A DNA stretch of 64,000 nt from Hydrolagus affinis (taxonomy: Eukaryota), in assembly GCA_012026655.1 (NCBI GenBank), contig JAAILG010000389.1:1-64000 (forward strand). The letters are read 5' to 3'. The position numbers and the translations under genes are program-made. Every line of letters begins with the position of its first letter. Positions within the stretch are counted from its first letter, which is position 1. Of the stretch, positions 23,960 through 37,869 are shown in pieces. The notes under the pieces are model-generated. The model saw nothing but the letters and a program-made list of their open reading frames with translations, made no database searches and was not told where the DNA came from.

Positions 23960-26006
23960 CTGGGAGGGAAAGAAAAAAAAAGTTGTAAGTTAGTGCATCA
24001 CCAGAAAAGCCATTCTTTCTTTTGGAGAATTCCATAATGCCTATTCCCACAAAATACTCTCAATTATTGTTAAGCAAAAACTGTTGTGCTTAAAGCAATG
24101 TTTCACGTTGGGGTATAGAGTGCCACACTCTTGAATAATGTTAAGAGTAAGTTAACACTGTTCCTCTAATTGTTCTTGCAGTCAAGAATTCCATCAAATA
24201 AAATTCAGTCTTTACAACATGTTCGGTCATCACATTTCAGTGATGAGCAAGATGAGAACTATAATTAAACAGAAACATTACTTATTGGTAGCAGCTACAT
24301 TATAATTGTTTCAAAATACCAAATGCATAAAAATTAAAGACAACTTTGCATGAATTCAAACAGAGAAATAATTCTATTGAATGTCAGTTTTCAGACACTT
24401 TCAATGCAACAGCATGAATAAACTACAAGTTACTTCTTTAGCTGGAAAGCACTAAAGTCATTTGACTTAGCTGATTTCCTAAACTTGCTGCTAAAGTCAC
24501 TACCTTATTAAAAAAAACAAATTCGGGTAGCTCAAGTGTACGAGAACAACTTTGTTTTGCTTAAGAAAGATTTATTATACGTACATAGTTGTGCTATATT
24601 CACATGCTAGCATTGTTTATTGTACTTAAGATCATATATTCTAACAGTTCTCTTAACTACCTGCCAAAATTCACTCTATAGCAGCCAGTTTGTCATCTTT
24701 CAACAGGAATTCCCTTAGGCTTAAACAATATAGCAATGATTAAGTTCAGATCCTTGATCGACAGTACAACCAGAAAGACAAAGCAGTGTCATTTTGAAAA
24801 TAAAACAGACTGAACAAATGCTTCGACTACTGAAACAAGTTTGTAAAAGACGAGAGTCAAGATGCAATTTGACCTGAAGATTTGATTAATGTAAAATAAA
24901 GCCAACACAAGATGTAGTACAGTACATGTGCTTCACTGAATAACTGTACCGAGCAGATTATCCGAATGTGAAAAGTAGCATAAATCTTCCAGGTATTATG
25001 AATGCAAGCAAGCACACTGTAATATCCTACAGTGCCTTTAAACAATTACTGAAATGAGTAAAATTGACATACACTGCGCACACTTATGTATACACATATT
25101 TCATAAAGACTTACAGTAATTATCATACTTGTACACAGATGCAGTTGACAAGACTACAGTAAACATTTTGCCCAGCCAGACACCGAGGAATTTCCTTTGC
25201 TTCATAGAAATTCAGCATCTTTGAACACTTCAGATAGGGAAAACGTTAAAGAAGCAGTTTCCATGTTTCGACTTCAGATTGAAGCACTAATCAGATTGTG
25301 TTCAGATTCCTGAGCACATTTCTTATATCATATAATAAGATGATGAAACTGGTGCCATCTTAACACTACATTAAATACTGTGCTATGCATGAAAATACAC
25401 CAAATCAGATTCTAGTAAGATGTTTAGAATCAACTCCCCGCCACATATAATTGCAGAACAAATTATTAATTGTTCAACTTCCATTTAACTGTACCCCAAT
25501 TTTCTATGTATCATCCTGAATCAGACAAGAAACAGAACTTTTCATATTACTGTATATCATAGCAGTGCAATGCAAACAGTATATATTGCATGCACAAGCA
25601 GAGTAGTCAAATAGCCATAATTTGCATTATTTTGTACCTGTATCATAATGCAAATCCATATTTATAAGGAACATCAAGAACTGATGAGACAGGTAATATT
25701 CCATTGTTTCATACTGGAACATGTTTGGCAAAGTTTGCCAAATGGATTTAAGCTTCCTGTGTAAACTGGACTTCAGTGAAGAAAATAAGATTAAGGACAG
25801 AATTTAAAACAAACTCAAAAGAGAAATAGGGGGAAAACAAAAAAGTTCAAAAGAATAGCGATGAAATGAGGGAGAGGAGAGAAAAAGCAACCTTGTCTTC
25901 ACTTTCAAAACCTTGAATCCCATGCTATGTTTTTCGGCAACCATGAACAGTGTTTTGCACTGCAGCTTCCGTAAATACTACAGTGAATCACAGACAAGTT
26001 TCTTAC

Positions 26007-26060
26007 CAGCAGACTCAGAATAGTTCCTCTTCAGCACAAAGCTTGTGGTCGGATTTATAT
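26007..26060 (-). CDS. Candidate 54-nt symmetric cassette exon of DLGAP4
   Basis: cattttacacacag|AT...GCTG|gtaaga, phase 1 to 1, no stop codon: INPTTSFVLKRNYSESA. No homology evidence. Confidence 0.35.
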
Positions 26061-29000
26061 CTGTGTGTAAAATGAAAATTTTTTAGGCAGCTAATTCCAG
26101 GGGCAGGTATAATTTGGAATCGCACACCAGTATCCCTGGCTGGATACAAGACAATTCAAACATTGCACCCAATTATGGGTCAATTGCAAAACAGATGAAC
26201 AGCCCCCTTGATATGGATCTATTATATTATTGTGTTATTACTAAATTCAAGATATATAGGCTTGAAGTATTCCAATGAAATTCCTTGAGACATGCAATAC
26301 ATCTACACTAATTTACCTCAAATTATCTTATGGGTAGTTCTACAAACTCACCAATATTTCTGTTGAAAATATCAATTGTGCCCAACAGGTGTACTGAACT
26401 GCTTGCAAAAGCAGTTTTATTGCAAAATCAAACAGTAAGTAGTTCTATTCAAAACTATTTCTAGGAGTTGAACAGCCCTTAGTAATCTTAATTGTATTCA
26501 CTTTTTAAAAATAGATACTAGTGCATAATTTTGGTATTGAGACAAGTCAGCAATATGATAAATTAACTGGCCAAAACCAGGTTCTTCACCCAAGACACTC
26601 ACTAAATCACTTGTTTGTTTCACATGCAAGAAACAGAAAAGTCTTGCCATTGTAAGTCTTTAATGACCTTTGATGGCAACCCAGCCTACATTCTACAGTG
26701 TGAAAAATTTCTAAGTGCATTCCTCCTAATGGCTTTCTGTCTGCAAAGCACAATTGTAACAAAGATCTGGCACATATTTTATACTCTGAAAATACCTCGC
26801 TTATCATATGTACCATTCCTGGACAAGCAAGAACGCACAAAGCACTATTCAGGTTTCTTTTTTTTAAATCACAAAAGTCCTCTGGATGAGAAAGGGCTGA
26901 TTTTTCAAATTATTACACTATTTTAACTGTAACTAAATGCTAAGACATGCACATTCCCCTGTGATTTTTGGACTGATTTAGAGCAAAAACTAGTCTCATG
27001 CTCCAAGCCAAGGAAGACACTACATGCAGAAACTCCACTAACCACTGCACAACACCAATAGTGTGCGACAAACACCATAAACACTATAAGGGTTTATTAA
27101 TGGTCTATAAATAGCAGTCAATGTTAACAAAGAGATTCTACAGATACAAATTAAATTGACACCCCTAAACTAGAATCATTGCACTGGGACTCCGTCCCCA
27201 CGTGAAAGACGCTAAATAAATGTAATTTATCTTTATATTACAATTTTAGCACTAATTTAACAAACTACAAAATGACAATTTTTTGAACTTCAAAATGAAT
27301 CTGAAAAGTGTCAATCTTTCACAACCTTACTTTTATATTTAAAAATCTGAAGGAGGATATTTCTTTTACTGAAATTCCAACAGTTTTAACTAATTTCATT
27401 TTGTTGCCCACAAATTAAAAATCAAAGTTCAAATCATTTTTAGCTTCCTTTTCTTGCCACGTTCCCCCCAATAATCCCTCTCTTGAAGACAGGACTTGCT
27501 GCAGAATGGATCCACATGTGCTGGTAGTCTTCAAGTACTTTGCCCATGTGTTCATTCTTCACGGGAGCCTAGACAATGAGAGGGCAGGTAGATTTAAGGC
27601 TTTTACCTTGATCTGGATGACCAGGAATGCTGTACTCTGGAAGTAGGGATAAAGTACATGTCTTGAATATGATAAAAGTGTTTATGGATTCAAATGATCT
27701 AGATTGGCACCGACAATCCCACTACGGAGGAGTTACTGAGGTAACATCAACGATGGTTTTTAATGCAAAGGCATCATATTTTGCTCTCCTCCAAAATTAC
27801 TTACACAGTAACCAGACAGACTTGAAGTGCCACTACATAAGCATTGAAATTAAGTACACTAAAACTATAGTATATCGATGAACAAAATTCTTCTGCGTAG
27901 ACAGTTAGTAATATCAGAATTAGCCCAGTCCATGTTGAGATCTATTTAGGCTTACATATGAAAAGTGGGTAATGAGCTGTTAGTAGAGGAAATTTACCCA
28001 ACTTAATTAAAATATCTAATTGAAGGGAATTAGCTTAGGTGAGACAAAATGCATATTTGTATGCTTGAGATTGCACAAAACCAAACTTTCCTATTGGCAT
28101 AATTTTTACCATTTCTCAAGTTTTCAGGAGCACCCAAATTATTTTGAAAACCCATATCCCTCATTTGATCCTGACATGGTTATTTTTTAAAATGTCAAGT
28201 GAATATCCAGGCTTCCATCCTACCAGAAGCACTACCAGTTAATAAACCTTTGGCTACAGAAGGCAATATAGAAGGATAATTGCACCACATTTTATATATT
28301 ATATATTTAAAAATATGAATTTAAGTGCATCCTCATATTTTTTGTTCAACTGAAAGCAATCAACACCTAAGATCTGCAAAATAAAATAGATGATATCAAA
28401 TTTCTCATAGGCAGAAAATGTTTTTTTGAATATAATTCTGCCTCTTTTTAAAATAGATTTATACACTAAATTAAGTCTAAATCACTGTAATTGTCACCAA
28501 TCACTCCCCTGGAAAGGTATGCTGTCTCAAAGCAAATCAAAACTGCTTTTAAATGGCATCTTATTTATTGGAAGCATTTGACTGAAGTTAACATTCTTTA
28601 ATACGTCAATGCTCATTATCCATTACGCCTCTGCAGTCTTTTGAAACCATTATAAATCTGTCACATTAGTTTTCCACGTTACTGCATGTTTTGATTGAAT
28701 ATCTCACAACAATATTGAACTTTTAAACTATTGATGCTCCCTCTACAAAGGGTTTTTAAACAAGTTTCATTCAAGTCAACCCGCATGTCTTCATAGGCAG
28801 CAAATTGTTGATGCTTGTGTTATTTCTTTCCATGTTTCCTGGTCACAGGCAAGCTGTTCTTAGCCCAACTGATGATGTCAGTTACTTAAATTACCGGTCT
28901 TCTTGAATTCATAAGTGGATCTAAACTCAATTTGAGTGTTCCTTAGGCTGGTAGCCATCAAGATAGAAGTTTTAAGACACCACAGGAAATAGAGCATTAC

Positions 29001-30962
29001 ATGTTTCGGGATAATTTTAGTAGAAATTCAGATGACACACACTATACAGTAAGCTAATGGCTTTCAGCTTATCTTCAGATTCGAGCTCTGCTTAAATGCG
29101 ACCATATTATTAACAGTGCAAATAATGATCACATGATTCTGTTGAGTCTTAAATTCTTGGCAAAACATTTCAGACCACGAGCCAAGAATTTTCTTCTTAT
29201 TGCCGTAAGTGTTATTAAGGATTAAAGATGAAGATTTACAACAACAGAATTATCCCCAAACTATTCCATTAATATTGTCTGGCATTCCCTTAAAAATTGA
29301 ACAAAATTACATAGGATTCAACATGAGCAGTTGCCCAGGGAAACAAAATCATTTATCAGTAAATCATCTTTTTATACTTCAAAGCAGTACAGTTGCATGG
29401 ATTAATCCTAAAGTATTTTGGTTCAAACATGATTTATATAAAGTGTCTAGAACTCTGTGATAGTGTGACTTGGTTTTCCTAAAAAGATCCATCTATACCT
29501 GGGTGACACATCTGGACATTTGTGTCCCAGTTAAAACGTTATGCAATTCTTATTAAGTTTGGAAGCCAAATCTGAAATTTTAAAAGCACATAAGTTATTT
29601 CTGCTTCTTGTGGGTTTGCTGCACTTGCCTTATTAAAGTAAAATTGCAACATAATCTTACAAACAGCCATAGCCTTGCTGATTTGGCAAAAATAAGTCTA
29701 AAGGAACCAATCAGAATCATTTTGTATACCTCAGTTTGGATCAGTTTGATAGCACTCTCACCTCTGGGCCACAAAAATTTTGATTGCAAACTCCAAGAAG
29801 GGACTTTGATTCGATGAAATTGCCGAATTTCAGAATGGTGTCAAAAAGTGTCTAATTTTAAAGACATGGGGAAGATGCAATAAATTAAAATGCCTACAGA
29901 TGTGGTGTCCTTTTTAAAAATTCAACAAAACAAATTCAAAATGTCTTTATCCCCAGAACAATTATGTCAGGCAAATCAATTTAAAACAACCTAATATAAA
30001 AGGTCTTGAACTAGTTTATTAATTTTGTAATAGCAGCTGCACTGATCAAATCTAAATATTTTTAAATTGACAAACACCTATTTGTACCATCAAGCTAAGT
30101 GTACAGTGCCAGTTTATGTATTAGATCACATGAAGGTCCTATTCTAAGGCAAATGAAAATAAAGATCAACCATAAGTATACAATTTATTTTAAATTCAAT
30201 GTCTTTAGTCTCCATTATCCAGTAATCTACTGCCACAACATTGCAATTCAAAAGCATTAGTAGTCATACATGATCCAGCATCACTGTCACAACTGAACAA
30301 CCCTCAGACTAATTTTTTTTAAATGAACTATGGTTGTGAGTTTAGACAATGATTCAATCTCACTATTCTATGACGGTTTCTAAACTATTTCAAAACTTAT
30401 GTTAATCTACTCATGTTCCTAATTATTTTGCCCAAATGAGCTGGGTCTTATTCAGTTTGGTGCCAAAAGGTACGATTTGATAACAAGAAAGGCTGACTCC
30501 ACCCCAACTCCAATTGTTTAAAATATTCAAAATATTTAAATTCCAGAATAAAGCCGATTACCTCTGCAGTTTTTGCATTATTTCTAATCAATAGAAAGTT
30601 CTAAGCTTCAATCGTATTTGTTAAACAGTTCATATTTTTTTGCACACAGCACATGTTCAAAATGTAGTTTGATCATTTCCCCTGCCACTCACAAATGACA
30701 TAGGAACCGTGTTCGATTTTCTTTAACATGCATGTTTCAGTGGCCCATGTTTGCTATATTAATGAATTCCTAAATATAACTGTAAGGAGTAGTTTGAATC
30801 TCCCCAATTGAATTCCATGTAACCATGGCAATGCTGCACACAATACGAGCAGCTGCTCATGAATAGATTTCCATTTTGAATATTAGATTTCAATACCTTT
30901 ATTACAGTTTGAAATTTACAAATCCAGACAGAATATCTTCCTAGCTCTGAGCAAGAATTGTA

Positions 30963-31262
30963 CAGTAAAACCTTGATAATCCGGCACTATCGGGTCACTC
31001 ACCTCCTGGCTTTCGGAGTTTGTCGGTATTTAGAACCTACCCTAGAAATGGTTAAGAGAAGCTCTGCCCCATACTGAAGCCAAACTATGGCTAAGATCCA
31101 CCCACAGTGCCACATGACAGAGCGGCACCAGTGTGAACTGCAAACAGCTGTTCTGAATTTAGAGGAAATGGGAAAAAAAATTAATACTGTTTGTATTTTG
31201 GAATCTTGTCGGTTTTAGGGAGTTGCCGGCTTTCGGAATGTCGGATTATCAAGGTTTTACTG
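30963..31262. mobile_element. Tc1/mariner-pogo-type MITE, family B
   Basis: TIR CAGTAAAACCTTGATAATCCG(G/A)CA, 23 of 24 matching, flanked by TA. 300 bp. Confidence 0.88.
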
Positions 31263-31549
31263 TACTCCAAACAATGAACAAAAGCTGATCTGAAGAATTT
31301 TTCACCTGCAAATAAACTTGGTGATACCAAAGATAACACAGGATTATTTGATGAGAAATCCATTTTGTGGATACATTCAGTGTGAACCATCATGACAGAT
31401 TCTTTAACATTCTTAAAATTACTTTAATGTACAATGTAACTAATCAGTGTGAAATTAAAGGTGAGCAGCGCAGCACCCAACTACCATACTATAATAACTG
31501 TCATCTCAGTTACTTACGCATGCGTGCGGTGCACGAGAACATCTGATAA

Positions 31550-31805
31550 TATTAATTCTTGCATTTGATTTAGCACGTCATCAAGTTGCCGAAACTTCTC
31601 AAAAGCAGTTCATAGCATTTCCTGTAAATTTCCTGTCGATTGACTGTCTATTCTGGTGGGTTAAATGTAGGCAATTTTCATGTAGCAAATGCCCCACAAT
31701 CAGCCATGGAGTGAGTGACTAATTGCATTTGCGGATGTGTTCGAGAACTCCCAGAGAACGTATCTTTTCAAATACTGCCAATAGTGGGATCTTTAACATT
31801 CACGT
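31550..31805 (-). mobile_element. Old DeuSINE-like SINE fragment
   Basis: Minus strand contains GTGAATGTTAAAGATCCCA (Deu-domain-like), GCTGATTGTGGGGCATTTGCT and an L2-like tail. Confidence 0.55.
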
Positions 31806-33449
31806 ATTATGTATGTTCTCAGTTGACATTTTAAAGAACTATGCACTTTTTAAAAAAACATTGCAACATCATTTTCTGGAAAGAAAGCAGTTCAGCTTCT
31901 GAAAAAAATAGCTTCTGAAAAAAATAGATTTGTGATTCAACCAAACAATAGTGCATCTATGCGCAAAGAAATGCAAATTACACCATCAAGAAGTAACAGA
32001 CTGCATTGCATCTGTCAGATAATTTCTCACAGATGTTTTTATTATTTTATAATCACAATTCTGTACAAAATTCATGACATAATGTTTAAGCCAGCCATTT
32101 AAATAGCACTTAATTTATGTTTAAGAAATTCAGTTTCTAATATTACATAGTAATCTGAAAGGGAGAAAATGTGCATTCAAACTGGTATCAGACAGCAACC
32201 ATTCTCAAACCAGCATTTGTGAGCAATTCCGTCAGCTTTCCTGCCCCCTCCCCCAAGGTGAAGCAATCTCTACTTCGTGGCCAGTGGGACAATATACAGT
32301 CAAACCTGCCTTCAAAAACCTCCCAGGGTGGGTTAAAGTGGCCTATATTTAAAGGCCTCCGAGGAAAGGGTTTCTTGATGTGTGAACACACACTAAAGGA
32401 GCTGTTTGAAGGTGGTTGCTACCAGAGGTGGTTGCTGATTGGAGGCATTTGCTTGGATGGGTTTGACTTTACATGTACAAGTTACTATTTTCGGGAATGG
32501 AAAACCAGATGCAGACTTCCAAAAAATGAAAAAACTATAAGGCAGTTATACTTTAAAAAAAAATTTCAAGCATTATTTGTTGCAACAATTTCTTTCCATT
32601 GCTGGATCAATAAACTATTGTACATAGTCGGCAAACCTGAGAAGTACAGAGAGAAACAAACATGCAAGATCCACAAAGCATTCAAGTCAAGTCATAGCCC
32701 ACACTTAGTGGGCTATATTGTTAAGTCTTTGCACAGAACATTGTTCAAGTATTGTAGTACAACTTTGATATTTATTGAGCTTGTTAACACACCATGCCAA
32801 GGAAACTAGCAATACAAACACTATTTTTTTACTGCTTTAACATTGAAGCTGCTCTATTTTAATGCAGCAATTAATATAGACCAACAGTGGGTTTTAAATA
32901 CAGCAATAAAATAAGTTATTTTATTCAGTATTGGAAATGTTTGATGGGCCACTGATTCACTGGCAGCCACACAGGCACCTATTAGTAAATCTTTGCATAG
33001 TGGTTACCGATGTAGCAGGCTATCAAGGGAAGATGAACAATAAGAAGCCATGGACCACTTCCTCACAGGGAAAGGGGGAGTAGGGATAGGAGGTTGCAGA
33101 TAAAGCCACAAAAAGTCACACTTAAAAAAAATCAGCCAAGTTACATGGTGCTTCCCTGCACTCGTCTGCTGAAACGGTTATAGAAGAGGAGGTTCAAGAA
33201 ATAAATTAAGGGTTTATTTTGTCTGAACATCCACAGATTTCAAATCTAATGTACTTAAAAAAAAACGACATGCAAGTTCAGTGAGTTATTCTATTACAGA
33301 GGAGCATTGTATCAAAGCCTAGGCAATGGAAAAGCCTCTTGATCGTGATAAGCACCAGAAATCATGACTCCCCCATCCTCTTCTTTCGCCTGGGCTTACC
33401 AAAGCCATCTCAAGTATTTACCAGTCACCCACTGCTACAACCACCCACT

Positions 33450-33918
33450 GTCCGCGACCACATCACTCCCACCCTCGCCCGTCTCTACTGGCTCCCTATC
33501 CCCCAGAGGATCGAATTCAAGATCCTCGACCTCACCTTCAAGGCCATTCACGGTCTTGCTGCAGCCATCTCTCTGACCTGCTGTCTCCCTATCAGCCCAC
33601 CCGTCCCCCCCATTCAGCGGGCTCTGGCCTGCTCTGCGTCCTCTGCCCTAACCAATGGTGGCGGGGCTTTCAGCCTCTCTGTTCCCACACGATGGAACTC
33701 CATCCCACAATTCCTTCGCCTCACTTCCTCCCCTTTCCTCCTTGAAAGCCGGTCTTAAGACCTTCGTCTTCGACCATGCCTTCTGCTCCCCTAACTCTCT
33801 CCCCCCCGCACTCTCCTTCTCCGACCCCCCTTCCCCTGCTCGGGTCCCGACCTAATTGTTCAGCGCCTTGGGATATCCTCCCGACGTGAAAAGTGCTCTA
33901 TAAATGTAATGTTGTTGC
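33450..33918 (+). mobile_element. L2 LINE 3' fragment
   Basis: RDHITPTLARLYWLPIPQRIEFKILDLTFKAIHGLA...GGAFSLSVPTRWNSIP, with a tail like 16590-16655. Confidence 0.92.
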
Positions 33919-35061
33919 CCCAGCTGAGACCACTCTAAATCAACACCTTTCTACTATGATTAGCTCACTAAACATCAGACACCAACCAACTCAGTGATCA
34001 GAACAGACCAAAAATTGACATACGTCAATTAAAATTCTTTGAAAATTTCTTGCTTATGAATCAGTGCATCAATCTTAAATAAAATGAGATTGGAAATGAA
34101 CTATGGGACTATAATACAACCAAGCCTTTCTGATGATATCACAAACCACAAGCAGAGCCATTTATGAATGAAAGCAGGCCATAGGAATTGAGCAGTCTTA
34201 AAACTGTCTGCCATGGTGTCTGCCAATGATACATGGTGAATGTGGAAGAGATGACTTTCAAATAGTACAATGACGTGGCTGAATGAGTAATAAAGTTAGC
34301 AGGAGCAAGACCCGAAGATAAACCAAGAATTTATTTTCTTAAGAGAATTAACTGCTTGGTACAGCAGAACTTCTCTGCAACTGTCTGTAGATTTCTCAAA
34401 CAGAAAGTAATTATGTCATAATTATTAAGAACTTTGGGGTGCAGTGCAGTGGGTTGAGCAGACTGCCCTTTTTGCAGCTCAACACGCTGTGTCTGATCTG
34501 GAAATATCTAATGTGGACATGGACTTGTAAAAATAAAAAGTTTTTTTCAGTACAGCAGTGATATGCCTCATCTGGTATACAACACATACTTTTTAATAAT
34601 GGTATAGCCAACAACAACAACTTTAATTTACTTCATGTAGTGTAGCATACCAGAGGCATATTGTCATAGTGCACAAACAACTATGACAACAAGGTCAATA
34701 ACTCCAGTCTCACAAAATAAACTTCCTTAGGTTCATTATTATGGATTATCTCTTAATTATGGTTAACCATTATTCTTGTTTGTAAACATGTAAATGGAAC
34801 AAATTAGATATCTGTTTAAAATGAGTGTGAAAGGTACAAAAACATTTGAGCAATTTCCAACCATTTGCATTATTCTACGCCAATTGTCTCTTCAACATCC
34901 ACAACTAAAGAAATCCAACTCCACTTTTTTGTTTGCTTTATTTACTACTAAGAACCAGGAATTGTGCTATCTTAAATTAGAAAAGCAGATTTTATAAAAA
35001 GGAAAATATTTAAGGAAAAGGCATGTCTATGACCCCATGTCCTAATGTAAATTTCCAAATA

Positions 35062-35312
35062 CAGTAAAAGCCTGTTTATCCAGCACCTGATCAACCGTAA
35101 CTTCCGTCTGAGACACCATCTGGCGTGGAAGGCGCTATATAAATCAAAGTTGTTGTTGTTGTATAACTGGCATATTTTAAAAAAAAGTCCACATTCGATT
35201 ATCCGGAATTTATCTGGAAAAACACACAATTTTTTTCTCTCGCATTTTTGGCCAAATATCCGGCACATGCACGGCCAGGTCCCAAGGATGCCGGATAAAT
35301 GGGCGTTTACTG
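35062..35312. mobile_element. MITE family A, second copy, with nested L2 tail
   Basis: Alignable by eye to 12936-13139. Degenerate TIRs, TA flanks, and an extra sequence of about 55 bp at 35106-35160. Confidence 0.88.
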
Positions 35313-35879
35313 TATGTTGATCTACTATATTTGGTGTATTTAGGATACTAGAAAGGAAGTGAACACAGAGTAGACTTACATTCGAGGTACAATATATCTC
35401 ATGCTGCTGAAATACAATGATTTCTCCTTAAATTACACATTTCATACATCACACTGTATTCAGTTATACACTTTGTTACAGGTTAAACTGCATGTGACAG
35501 TTCACTATTCATGATTAATGATCTTTCTAGAGTGAAGTCGCATAATCAAAACATTAGTAAGACTAAAAGATATTATGCCACATTAACTCGGAAATGATTT
35601 CACTATCCTAATTTATCCCATCTTAAAATCAATATTTATTTATTGAAGCTCACATGCTTCGTTTCCTTCCTGATTTGCCAAGCACTGACTCACATTGAAC
35701 TATGGTTACACAGGTGCCTGCTGCCCTCCACTACCTTCATTCTTTGTGAATATAAGTAGGAACACAGGTGTGAATATAGGTAGGATGTTTCAACACAGAT
35801 GATATCAGAATTAAGGCACTATATCAAATTCTAACCCACTCAAATGTACTTTTACATCAAATGTTACCAATTTTCAAAC

Positions 35880-36115
35880 TTAATAATAGTCCTTGCATTT
35901 GATATAGTGCTTTACCACATAATTAAGGCATCTCAAAGCAGTCCTCAGGATACACTGTCAAGTGGATTGAGTGTGCATTTTTTGGTAAAGTATGGCAGCC
36001 AGTTGGTAGGCCATTCGGCCCCTCGAGCCCGCCCTGCCATTCAATAAGATCATGGCTGATCTTCTTGTCTAAGTCTACCTACCTGCCTTATCCCCATATC
36101 CCTTAATCCTTTTAT
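35880..36115 (-). mobile_element. SINE tail plus CR1 3' tail
   Basis: 36005-36110 is the reverse complement of the CR1 tail at 450-555. Confidence 0.8.
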
Positions 36116-37869
36116 TTGCTCAGTGTCCCATAGACTTATTTTATTTGGGAATTGTTGGCCAGGGCATTTCGAGACCTTCTCCCTTCTCTTTTCGAACAGT
36201 GCAATTTTCAAGAATAAAAGATTTATGAATTCACGCGCAAACAAGATACAGACACCCGTCACAATATTACGAAAGACCAAGAAAGTGTAGAAAATAAACA
36301 AAGTAGCAAATTTGAATTCCAGCCTTACTTTCTAAAATATTTTCATAAAACCAGCATTAAACATTCACAAGCTGGTATCCACAAGCTGCCTGTTTCTAAT
36401 TCCATTGACACACCCATGCCAAAAAAAGAAAAATTCATAAAAATAAAGAACATCATTATTAATAATCACAACAGGTGCCTTTACGGAAGAAGGAATACAC
36501 CATAGAAAGATTTCTAAATATTGTTTAATTTGTTTTTTTTTAAAAACTGCCACATATTCCACTATATTTCACTGGTGGCATGGACACAAAAGCAGAATAA
36601 ATTATCCATTTCTAGGCTCCTAGTTGTAGCATCATACATCAGACACAGCTGTGTTGCAAATAAGCACCACCCTTCTTTTCAGCCACCACCCTATATTAAC
36701 ATTACTCAAAATTAAAAATCACCAAGCGATTTAGTAATACACAAAAACACTATACACAGGTAAACTACAATATCGAAGCATTTTACCGTTTTCAGAAATA
36801 TTGAGCAGTTTTCTATCCAGATTGAAGAACAAAGCTTTTTATTCTCCGTGCCCGTAGTAAAAATCCCCCGCTGAGAATCAGCCAGCTAATAGCAACCTCA
36901 CACTTTTCACACAAAACTTGAAGCACACTGGAAACAAAAACCGCTGAGGCAATTTCTGCCTCACATCTCCGGGTCACCCACGCACTGAACTAAGAGCGAC
37001 TTCGATCGCACAGATCCGGTGGAAGTTTTTTTTTACCTCTCCTTTGGCCACGTAAATAGAGGCAAAGGGCGAAACACGACAGTTACAACCTACATAACAC
37101 TCAAATCACGGAGCCAATTCCCTATTACTACTCCTGGTCAACACACACACCCCACTGTCCCCCAATTAAAATAAAACTTTACGTTACGAAAACGGAGCGT
37201 GTGTGTGTATGTGGAGGGGGGGGGGCGGGAGAGGAAGAGGTCAGGAGAAACTCTTTGTGTTTGCTTGCAAAGAGCAACAGGACTGTGAAAAAAAAGATGT
37301 AAAGGGGCAGCCAGCCGAGAGCTGAGAGGATGACACTGGCGAAGGAAGATGAAGACAAAGGCATCCTCTAGCAGCCTTACTATTGAATAAAAATGCGTAT
37401 TTTTGTATATTAAAAAGAACGGGAGAGAGGCTTTCTAAACACACGGACAGGCGCTGTCCCGCCTTGAGAGGAGGGAGAATGATGATGTTTGTGTATGATG
37501 GTGAGTATGTGTATAATGAGGGGTGTAATTTGCAAACGCTTTGATAAAGAGCCCGAGGCGTAGGGAGAAAGGAGGTTGATGAGGGGCTTTGGGGAAAAGG
37601 GGTGGAAGGGGGGGGGTGCGGTGGGGATAGGATGGAGGGAGGAGGAAAAGGGGGTTGACGGTAGGGTGTGAGCCGCTCGAGCCCATCCCAACCGCCCCCT
37701 CCCTCCCTCCCCACCCACCCGGCACCAGATTGAGATCCACCCAATAAATCCCGTTACCCCCCTTCCATATCACCACACACTCAGCCTCCACCCCACCCCC
37801 CCCATCCCCACAACAAAAACCTAATTATCTCTCACCGTTACCCCCCTCCCTCCCTCCCACCCATCCACT

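Noticed and set aside
25892-25924. 33-nt cassette exon candidate
   Set aside because: In the required phase 1 it contains TGA, and the donor (gttgct) is weak.
32171-32809. 212-aa plus-strand ORF
   Set aside because: Non-ATG start, no recognisable domain, no splice context, and antisense within a DLGAP4 intron.
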